Origin: Bifidobacterium sp.
Lineage (GTDB): Bacteria > Actinomycetota > Actinomycetes > Actinomycetales > Bifidobacteriaceae
DNA length: 64,000 bases
Direction of reading: 5' to 3'
Assembly: GCA_036311305.1 (NCBI GenBank)
Contig: JAXJQE010000137.1
Location: forward strand, 96 to 64,095
Part shown: positions 57,028 through 64,000 of the stretch, in pieces
Position numbering within the stretch: the first letter of the stretch is position 1
Layout of the letters: each line of letters starts with the position of its first letter
Notes under the pieces: model-generated
Database searches by the model: none
Seen by the model: the letters and a program-made list of their open reading frames with translations, nothing else
Told to the model about the DNA's origin: nothing
Made by a program: the position numbers and the translations under genes

Positions 57028-58629
57028 TCACTCCTCGGCGACGAGCTCGAGGTACGTGTCGTTCCACAGGTCCTCGTCGCCGTCGGGCATGAGCAGCACG
57101 CGTTCGGGGCGCAGCGCCTCGACGGCGCCCTCGTCGTGGGTGACGAGCACGATGGCGCCCTCGTACTTGCCGATGGCCTTGAGGATCTCCTCGCGGCTGG
57201 CGGGGTCGAGGTTGTTGGTGGGTTCGTCGAGCAGCAGCACGTTCGCGCGGCTGGTCACCAAGGTGGCGAGCGCGAGCCTGGTCTTCTCGCCGCCGGACAG
57301 GACGCGCGCGGGCTTGAACGCGTCGTCGCCGGAGAACAGGAAGGAACCGAGGATGGAGCGCGCCTGCGTGTCGTTGAGCTCCGGGGCGACGGCGCGCAGG
57401 TTGTCCAGGACGGTGGCGTCCAGGTCGAGGGTGTCGTGCTCCTGGGCGAAGTAGCCGATCTTGGCGCCGTGGCCCCAGTCGACACTGCCGGTGTCGGGGT
57501 CGTCGAGGTGGGCGAGCAGGCGCAGCGTGGTGGTCTTGCCGGCGCCGTTGTAGCCGAGGATGACGACGCGCGAACCCTTGTCGATGGCGAGGTTGACGCC
57601 GGCGAACACGATGTTCGAGCCGTACGCCTTGGAGATGTCCTTGGCCATGATGGGGGTGCGGCCGCAGGGGGCGGGCTCGGGGAAGCGGATGTCGGCGACC
57701 TTCTCCTTCTTCTGCGCCTCGCTGGTCTCGCTGAGGAGCTTCTCGGCGCGGCGCATCATGTTCTGCGCGGCGACGGCCTTGGTGGCCTTGGCGTGCAGGC
57801 GGATGCCCTGCTTCATGAGCCGTTCGGCCTTCTTCTCGGCGACCTCGCGCTCTCGGCGGCGTCGCTCCTCGTCGACGGCGCGCTGGTGCAGGTACGCCTT
57901 CCACCCGAGGGAGTACATGTCGATCTGGCCGAGCTGGGCGTCCAGGTGCCACACCTTGTTGACGACCTCGTCGAGCAGCTCGGTGGAGTGGGAGATGACC
58001 AGGAAGCCGCCCTCGTAGTTCTTCAGGTAGCCGCGCAGCCATTCGATGCTGTCGGCGTCCAGGTGGTTGGTGGGCTCGTCGAGGATGAGGGTGTCCGCGT
58101 CGGAGAACAGGATGCGCGCCAGTTCGATGCGGCGCCTCTGGCCGCCGGACAGTGTGCCCAGGGGACGCTCCATGACTTCCTGGGGCAGCCCCAGGCTGTT
58201 GGCCATGGCCTGCGCCTCGGATTGGGCGGCGTAGCCGCCGGCCTTCTCGAAGTCCTGCATGGCCTTGTCGTAGCGGTTCATGGCCTTGGTTATCACGTCC
58301 GGGTCCGGGTCGGTCATCTCCTTCTCGGCCTTGCGGATGCGCTTGATGATGGCGGAGATGTCGCGCGCGCTCATCATACGGTCCAGGGCGGTCTGCTCAG
58401 GGTCGGCGGCGTGCGTGTCCTGCGGCAGGTAGCCGAGCTTGCCGGACACGCGCACACTGCCGGCGGTGGGCAGGCTCTCGCCGGTGATGACCTTGGTCAA
58501 CGTGGTCTTGCCCGCGCCGTTGCGGCCGACCAGGCCGATCTTGTCGCCCTTGGCCACGTGGAAGTCGGTGGGGTGCAGCAGCGTGCGCGCCCCGATCTGG
58601 ATCTCGAGTCCCTGAGCGTCGATTGCCAT
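57028..58629 (-). CDS. ABC-F family ATPase (two ABC domains, no TM domain)
   Basis: 533 aa from the ATG (complement of 58627-58629). Two Walker A sites (GRNGAGKTT, GYNGAGKTT) and two signatures (LSGGQRRR, LSGGEKTR), separated by a Lys/Arg/Glu-rich linker. Confidence 0.9.
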   Translation of the reverse strand: MAIDAQGLEIQIGARTLLHPTDFHVAKGDKIGLVGRNGAGKTTLTKVITGESLPTAGSVRVSGKLGYLPQDTHAADPEQTALDRMMSARDISAIIKRIRKAEKEMTDPDPDVITKAMNRYDKAMQDFEKAGGYAAQSEAQAMANSLGLPQEVMERPLGTLSGGQRRRIELARILFSDADTLILDEPTNHLDADSIEWLRGYLKNYEGGFLVISHSTELLDEVVNKVWHLDAQLGQIDMYSLGWKAYLHQRAVDEERRRREREVAEKKAERLMKQGIRLHAKATKAVAAQNMMRRAEKLLSETSEAQKKEKVADIRFPEPAPCGRTPIMAKDISKAYGSNIVFAGVNLAIDKGSRVVILGYNGAGKTTTLRLLAHLDDPDTGSVDWGHGAKIGYFAQEHDTLDLDATVLDNLRAVAPELNDTQARSILGSFLFSGDDAFKPARVLSGGEKTRLALATLVTSRANVLLLDEPTNNLDPASREEILKAIGKYEGAIVLVTHDEGAVEALRPERVLLMPDGDEDLWNDTYLELVAEE

Positions 58630-58716
58630 GGATGGTGTTCCTGTCCTGTTCCTTGTACTTGCTTCGTGCGGTGCCTCATGGCGCGCCCCGCGGGGCGCGC
58701 GGTCCATGCATGCGAA

Positions 58717-58747
58717 CGCCCACCGGTCCGAGGGGACCCGGTGGGCG
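58717..58747 (-). terminator. stem-loop downstream of the 58765..59787 membrane-protein gene
   Basis: 10-bp perfect stem CGCCCACCGG / CCGGTGGGCG with an 11-nt loop. Confidence 0.45.
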
Positions 58748-58764
58748 CATCGTGTCCGCATCCA

Positions 58765-59787
58765 TCATAGGGTGTGCGGCTGAATTTGCTTCGTCTCCTT
58801 GGTGTCCTTGCCCTTGGCGGGCGCGGCGCCGTGGGCGCGCGCGTCCAGGTCGTTGAGGCCCCCGGAGTAGCGCCGCCACGGCACGTACATGAGGATGGCC
58901 GCCAATGTGGCGAACACCAGGATGAGGCCGGCGGTGAGCTTCGAGACCGTCATGAGGCGGAACGCGATGCCCACGACGGACCAGATGGTCACCAGCCCGT
59001 ACAGCCAGTCATGGTTGACGAAGCGCAGTACGCACGCCACACCCAACAGCACAACGGTGACGACGACCGTGGCCAAGGACTGGCCGCTGTCCGACAGGGG
59101 ACCGTCCTTGGCCAGGTAGTACGTGCAGGCGCGCGCCACCTCAATGACCGTCTCCACGACGAGCCACGAGCCCCACAGCGAGAACGGCGCCCAATCCCAC
59201 CACTTGTGGTCCTTGCGGTGGTGGCCCAGGAAGAACAGGACACCGACGAGCAGCGCCTGCACGAGCACGAGCGTGATGGCCGTGGGATAGTTCTGTACCT
59301 GCCAGGCGAACACCCAACCGACGGCGACGAGCGTGTCGGCGATGAACAGCAGGCCGGTCACCGTGAACGGCGTGCTGCCGACCTTGCGGCCGCGGTGGCG
59401 CGAGCTGGACCAGCGCACCAGCCAGATGGCCGCCAGCACATAGATGGGCACCCAGATCAGTTGCACGTACATATCCGGCGCGAACCACGAGAACACGCGC
59501 GTCTTGGCGCTGTCGCCCGCCAGGGGCGCCATGACGCCGCACACGGCGAGCGCGGTGGTCACCACGAACGCGACGAACGCCACCCATGCCGCGATCATCT
59601 CCACATCATGGCCGCCCTTCGCGCCGGTGGCCGTCGATGCCGCCTTCGCACCCTTCGTGTCCTTCGCGCCGCCGTCGACCGCCGTGGCGGTGGCCGGTGC
59701 CGCCGATGCCGCTGGCGCCGTCCGTTCCGTCGGCGGTGTGGGGGAGGGCGAAGCGCCTCCCGTGGCCTTGTGGTCCTGCGTGTCCAT
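58765..59787 (-). CDS. hypothetical integral membrane protein (about 8 TM, Trp-rich) with a Thr/Ala/Pro-rich N-terminus
   Basis: 340 aa from the ATG (complement of 59785-59787; AAGGAGG RBS). Contains ...IAAWVAFVAFVVTTALAV...YVQLIWVPIYVLAAIWLV...KWWDWAPFSLWGSWLVV.... I recognise no family. Confidence 0.6.
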   Translation of the reverse strand: MDTQDHKATGGASPSPTPPTERTAPAASAAPATATAVDGGAKDTKGAKAASTATGAKGGHDVEMIAAWVAFVAFVVTTALAVCGVMAPLAGDSAKTRVFSWFAPDMYVQLIWVPIYVLAAIWLVRWSSSRHRGRKVGSTPFTVTGLLFIADTLVAVGWVFAWQVQNYPTAITLVLVQALLVGVLFFLGHHRKDHKWWDWAPFSLWGSWLVVETVIEVARACTYYLAKDGPLSDSGQSLATVVVTVVLLGVACVLRFVNHDWLYGLVTIWSVVGIAFRLMTVSKLTAGLILVFATLAAILMYVPWRRYSGGLNDLDARAHGAAPAKGKDTKETKQIQPHTL

Positions 59788-59925
59788 GATGCCTCCTTGC
59801 TCGCTCGCCATGGCGGCGCCATGCACGTGGCACCGCCCCGTTGCCTCAACAGTAGGCCGCCGGCGGGGCCCCGCGGCGCCACGGAGGCCGCCTTTCCTCG
59901 CGGGGGTGAATGTCACGTGAATCCT

Positions 59926-59941
59926 TCGAACAATTGTTCGA
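59926..59941. promoter_or_regulatory. LexA SOS (Cheo) box TCGAACAATTGTTCGA
   Basis: Perfect 16-bp palindrome matching the Gram-positive/actinobacterial consensus TCGAAC-N4-GTTCGA. It lies about 120 bp upstream of uvrA. Confidence 0.8.
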
Positions 59942-60062
59942 CAACCGGCGCGCCAAGGGGTATCCTTGGACGCGATCGTATTGTCCCATACCTGTATCCA
60001 TGGGAGGAAGATTGACGGCACAACGCCACACCTCAGTACCCGCACCCGTCATCGAACGCGTC

Positions 60063-63041
60063 ATGTCGAGCGACTCGTTCCTCGGCCGAGAGTTGGCGAA
60101 GGCGCCGCTCAAGGAGCGTGACGGTTCGCTGGTGGCGGACATCTCGCACCTGCCCAACGACCTCAAGATCGTCATCCAGGGCGCGCGTGAGCACAACCTC
60201 AAGGACGCCGACCTCGAGTTCCCGCGCAACCGCATGGTGGTGTTCACCGGCCTGTCCGGCTCCGGCAAGTCGTCCATGGCCTTCGACACGCTCTTCGCCG
60301 AGGGCCAACGCCGCTACGTGGAGTCGCTCTCGGCCTACGCCCGCCAGTTCCTCGGCCAGATGGACAAGCCGGACGTGGACTTCATCGAGGGCCTTTCCCC
60401 GGCGGTGTCCATCGACCAGAAGACCACCAACCGCAACCCGCGTTCCACCGTGGGCACCATCACCGAGGTGTACGACTACCTGCGCCTGCTGTTCGCGCGC
60501 ACGGGCGTGCCCCATTGCCCCGAGTGCGGCGCGGAGGTGCGTGCCCAGACGCCCCAGCAGATGGTGGACCGCCTGCTGGCGATGCCCGAGCGCACCCGCT
60601 TCCAGGTGCTCGCGCCCGTCGTGCGCGGCCGCAAGGGCGAGTTCACGGAACTGCTCGACCTGCTGCGCTCCGACGGCTACGCGCGCGCCATCATCGACGG
60701 CGAGATGCGCCAGCTGTCCGACGACATCAAGCTCACCAAGCAGAAGAAGCACACCATCGACGTGGTCATCGACCGTCTCGTGGTCAAGGACGGCATCCGC
60801 CAGCGCCTGACCGACTCGGTGGAGACGGCGCTGCGCCTGGCGCACGGCCTCATGGTCGCCGACTTCGTGGACCGCGACCCGGACGACCCGGAGCGCCAGG
60901 TGCCGTTCTCCGAGCACATGGCGTGCCCCAACGGCCACACCCTCGAGCTCGACGAGATCGAGCCGCGCACCTTCTCCTTCAACGCCCCCTACGGCGCGTG
61001 CCCCGAATGCACGGGCCTGGGCTTCGACATGGCCATCGACCCCGAGCTCGTCGTGCCCGACCCGGACAAGTCCCTGGCGGAGGGCGCCATCGAACCGTGG
61101 ACGATGACCAAGAGCACCGCCGACTACTACCGGCACCTGCTCGAGGGCCTGGCCAAGGAGATGGGCTTCTCCATGGACACCCCGTGGAAGGACCTGCCCG
61201 AGCAGGTGCGCCACGCCGTCATGTACGGCAAGGACTTCAAGGTCACCGTCTCCTACCGCAACCGTTGGGGACGCATGCGCGAGTACTCCACCGGCTTCGA
61301 GGGCGTCGTGCGCACCCTCATGCGCCGCCACGACGAGACCGACTCCGAGCAGCGCAAGGAGTACTACGAGTCGTACATGCGCGAGGTGCCGTGCGAGGCG
61401 TGCGGCGGCAAGAGGCTCAAGCCCGAGGTACTCGCCATCACCGTGGACGGCCGCTCCATCGCCGACGTGTGCGACATGTCCGCCGAGGCGTCCCTCGGAT
61501 GGATCAACGGGCTGAGGCTGGAGGGCGCCGCCGCGCAGATCGCCGGCGAGGTCGTCAAGGAGATCCGCGCGCGCCTGGGCTTCCTCAACGACGTCGGCCT
61601 GAACTACCTGACGCTCTCGCGCGCCGCCCGCACCCTGTCCGGCGGCGAGGCGCAGCGCATCCGCCTGGCCACGCAGATCGGCTCCGGCCTTGTTGGCGTC
61701 ATGTACGTGCTCGACGAGCCCAGCATCGGGCTGCACCAGCGCGACAACGAACGGCTCATCGACACGCTGCACCACCTGCGCGACCTGGGCAACACCCTCG
61801 TCGTCGTGGAGCACGACGAGGACACCATCACCAGCGCCGACTGGGTCGTGGACATCGGCCCCGGCGCCGGCGAGCACGGCGGCCGGGTCGTCTACTCCGG
61901 CCCCGCCGACCACCTCGTCGACGCGCCCGACTCGGTCACCGGCGACTACATCGCCGGCCGTCGGCGCATCGAGGTGCCCGGCGAGCGCCGCCAGGTGGAC
62001 AGGTCGCGCCAGCTGACCGTGGTGGGCGCCCGCGAGAACAACCTCAAGGACCTGACCGTCAGGTTCCCGCTGGGCGTGTTCACCTGCGTGACCGGCGTCT
62101 CCGGCTCCGGCAAGTCCACGCTCGTCAACCAGATCCTCTACCCGGTGCTCGCCGACAGGCTCAACGGCGCGCGCATCGTGCCCGGCAAGCACACGCGCGT
62201 CGAGGGCGTCGACCAGTGCGACAAGGTCATCCACGTCGACCAGGCGCCCATCGGGCGCACGCCGCGGTCCAATCCCGCCACGTACACGGGCGTGTGGGAC
62301 AAGATCCGCGCACTGTTCGCCAAGACCCCCGAGGCGCAGGTGCGCGGCTACGGCCCGGGACGCTTCTCGTTCAACGTCAAGGGCGGCCGATGCGAGGCGT
62401 GCCACGGCGACGGCACCCTCAAGATCGAGATGAACTTCCTGCCGGACGTGTACGTCGAGTGCGAGGAATGCCACGGCAAGCGCTACAACCGCGAGACCCT
62501 CGAGGTCAAGTACAACGGCAAGTCCGTCGCCGACGTGCTGGACATGCCCATCTCGGAGGCGGCCGAGTTCTTCCGCGCCTACACCGGCATCTCGCGCTAC
62601 CTGGACACGCTCGTGCAGGTCGGCCTGGGCTACATCCGCCTGGGGCAGCCCGCCACGACGCTGTCGGGCGGCGAGTCGCAGCGCGTCAAGCTCGCCACCG
62701 AGCTGCAGCGGCGCAGCACCGGCAGGACCGTGTACATCCTCGACGAGCCCACCACCGGCCTGCACTTCGAGGACGTGCGCAAGCTGCTCGGCGTGCTGCA
62801 GGGCCTGGTGGACAAGGGCAACACCGTCATCGTCATCGAGCACAACCTCGACGTGGTCAAATCCGCCGACTGGATCATCGACCTGGGTCCCGAGGGCGGT
62901 GACGGCGGCGGCACCATCGTCGCCCAGGGCACCCCGGAGCACCTCGTGCAGTGCGACGGCTCGTGGACCGGCAGGTTCCTCGCGCCGATGCTGGGCGGCG
63001 ACGCCCCGGCGGCGCGCGCCCGCGGCAAGGCGTCGGCATGA
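60063..63041 (+). CDS. uvrA: excinuclease ABC subunit A
   Basis: [57 protein letters not shown], Zn-finger cysteines and a second [10 protein letters not shown] are present. The start is uncertain (ATG 60063 chosen; the track ORF opens at 59910). Confidence 0.93.
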   Translation: MSSDSFLGRELAKAPLKERDGSLVADISHLPNDLKIVIQGAREHNLKDADLEFPRNRMVVFTGLSGSGKSSMAFDTLFAEGQRRYVESLSAYARQFLGQMDKPDVDFIEGLSPAVSIDQKTTNRNPRSTVGTITEVYDYLRLLFARTGVPHCPECGAEVRAQTPQQMVDRLLAMPERTRFQVLAPVVRGRKGEFTELLDLLRSDGYARAIIDGEMRQLSDDIKLTKQKKHTIDVVIDRLVVKDGIRQRLTDSVETALRLAHGLMVADFVDRDPDDPERQVPFSEHMACPNGHTLELDEIEPRTFSFNAPYGACPECTGLGFDMAIDPELVVPDPDKSLAEGAIEPWTMTKSTADYYRHLLEGLAKEMGFSMDTPWKDLPEQVRHAVMYGKDFKVTVSYRNRWGRMREYSTGFEGVVRTLMRRHDETDSEQRKEYYESYMREVPCEACGGKRLKPEVLAITVDGRSIADVCDMSAEASLGWINGLRLEGAAAQIAGEVVKEIRARLGFLNDVGLNYLTLSRAARTLSGGEAQRIRLATQIGSGLVGVMYVLDEPSIGLHQRDNERLIDTLHHLRDLGNTLVVVEHDEDTITSADWVVDIGPGAGEHGGRVVYSGPADHLVDAPDSVTGDYIAGRRRIEVPGERRQVDRSRQLTVVGARENNLKDLTVRFPLGVFTCVTGVSGSGKSTLVNQILYPVLADRLNGARIVPGKHTRVEGVDQCDKVIHVDQAPIGRTPRSNPATYTGVWDKIRALFAKTPEAQVRGYGPGRFSFNVKGGRCEACHGDGTLKIEMNFLPDVYVECEECHGKRYNRETLEVKYNGKSVADVLDMPISEAAEFFRAYTGISRYLDTLVQVGLGYIRLGQPATTLSGGESQRVKLATELQRRSTGRTVYILDEPTTGLHFEDVRKLLGVLQGLVDKGNTVIVIEHNLDVVKSADWIIDLGPEGGDGGGTIVAQGTPEHLVQCDGSWTGRFLAPMLGGDAPAARARGKASA

Positions 63042-64000
63042 GCGTGTTCGAACGCCACGCGCCGGGCACGTGGGCGGCCATGGCCGACAGCCTCGTCGCC
63101 GCCCAGGAGCCCGGCGGCGCCGACGGCGACTGCGCCCGGCGAGGAAGCACCAACGCCAACGGCGCGCCCCTGCTGGGCGACAGCCGCGACCTGTTCCGCC
63201 CCAAGGCCTCCGACATCCCCACGCAGCCGGGCGTGTACAAGTGGCGCGACGGCGACGGGCGCGTCATCTACGTGGGTAAGGCCAAGAACCTGCGCAACCG
63301 CCTGTCCAACTACTTCCAGCCGTTGGGCCAGCTGCACCCGCGCACCCGCACCATGGTCCTCACCGCCCGCAGCCTCGAATGGACGGTGGTCGGCACCGAG
63401 CTCGAGGCCCTGACCCTCGAGTACACGTGGATCAAGGAGTTCGACCCGCGCTTCAACGTCGTGTTCCGCGACGACAAGACCTACCCGTACCTGGCGGCCA
63501 GCGTGGGCGAGGAGTATCCGCGCGTGTGGATCACCCGCTCGCGCAAGGCGCGGCGCACCCGCTACTTCGGCCCGTACGCCAAGGTATGGGACCTGAGAAA
63601 AAGCCTCGACCGGCTGCTGCGCACCTTCCCCGTGCGCACGTGCACGCCCGCCGTGTTCCGCAAGGCGCAGGCGACGGGACGGCCCTGCCTGCTCGCGTCC
63701 ATCGGCAAGTGCTCGGCGCCCTGTGTCGGCCGCATCGGCGCCGCGGAGCACCGGCACATGGTCGAGCGTCTCGTCGGCGTGCTCACCGGCCGCATCGGCA
63801 AGTCGTACGTCGCCCAACTGACCCGCGAGATGAAGGAGGCGAGCGCCGACCTCGACTTCGAGCGCGCCGCACGCCTGCGCGACGACATCGCCATGCTCTC
63901 CACCGTCATGGAGCAGAACGCCGTCGTGCTCGACCAGGACGTCGACGTCGACGTGTTCGGCTTCGCCACCGACGAACTGGAGGCGTCCTTCCACGCGTTC
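63038..64000 (+). CDS. uvrC: excinuclease ABC subunit C; 3' end lies outside the window
   Basis: Absent from the ORF track because there is no stop within the window. The ATG at 63038 overlaps the uvrA TGA (ATGA). The translation contains the GIY-YIG region [37 protein letters not shown] and the UVR domain ...[14 protein letters not shown]. Confidence 0.88.
   Translation, partial: MSVFERHAPGTWAAMADSLVAAQEPGGADGDCARRGSTNANGAPLLGDSRDLFRPKASDIPTQPGVYKWRDGDGRVIYVGKAKNLRNRLSNYFQPLGQLHPRTRTMVLTARSLEWTVVGTELEALTLEYTWIKEFDPRFNVVFRDDKTYPYLAASVGEEYPRVWITRSRKARRTRYFGPYAKVWDLRKSLDRLLRTFPVRTCTPAVFRKAQATGRPCLLASIGKCSAPCVGRIGAAEHRHMVERLVGVLTGRIGKSYVAQLTREMKEASADLDFERAARLRDDIAMLSTVMEQNAVVLDQDVDVDVFGFATDELEASFHAF

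Noticed and set aside
58681-58700. A 20-bp perfect GC palindrome, GCGCGCCCCGCGGGGCGCGC, upstream of the ABC-F gene.
   Set aside because: Pure G/C self-complementary runs arise easily in GC-rich spacers. It lies between the ABC-F start and the neighbouring terminator and shows no additional features. It is probably just part of the terminator/promoter spacer.

Overview
This is a high-GC (roughly 65%) actinobacterial chromosome segment. Gene content and protein sequences look like Bifidobacterium: a Cys2 bile-salt hydrolase, pntAA-pntAB-pntB, gltBD, metE-metF-glnE, pyrB-I-C-F-K-D-E, ahpC plus a TrxR/AhpF-like fusion, and uvrA-uvrC. I can support about 58 protein-coding genes on both strands. 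I recognised no rRNA, tRNA, CRISPR array, transposase or prophage. Most long Arg/Ala/Gly/His-rich ORFs in the track are antisense shadows of real genes, as expected at this GC content.

Five things stand out:
1. A DUF4065/Panacea-like protein is translationally coupled to a Doc (Fic-fold) toxin at 28.1-29.2 kb. It is followed by an ADP-ribosylglycohydrolase-fold protein (29.3-30.6 kb) whose metal-binding residues are all replaced and which carries a TPR-like tail. This is the best candidate for an undescribed accessory module.
2. An AT-rich array of ten exactly 10-bp-phased (N4)GTTCTA repeats lies in the mazG/hemW divergent region (12.53-12.63 kb).
3. Gene lesions are unusually dense. They are a 16-bp perfect tandem duplication that frameshifts metF and fuses its frame to glnE (a 1430-aa ORF), an in-frame amber codon in formyl-CoA transferase, three single-nucleotide frameshifts (one fusing a HAD hydrolase to lysR), and a CDF transporter with no stop codon.
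4. A perfect LexA (Cheo) box lies upstream of the translationally coupled uvrA-uvrC.
5. Several operator-like palindromes and direct repeats lie upstream of ilvE, metE and pyrB and in the hxlR divergent region.

All functional calls come from reading the translated sequences by eye. I ran no database searches.
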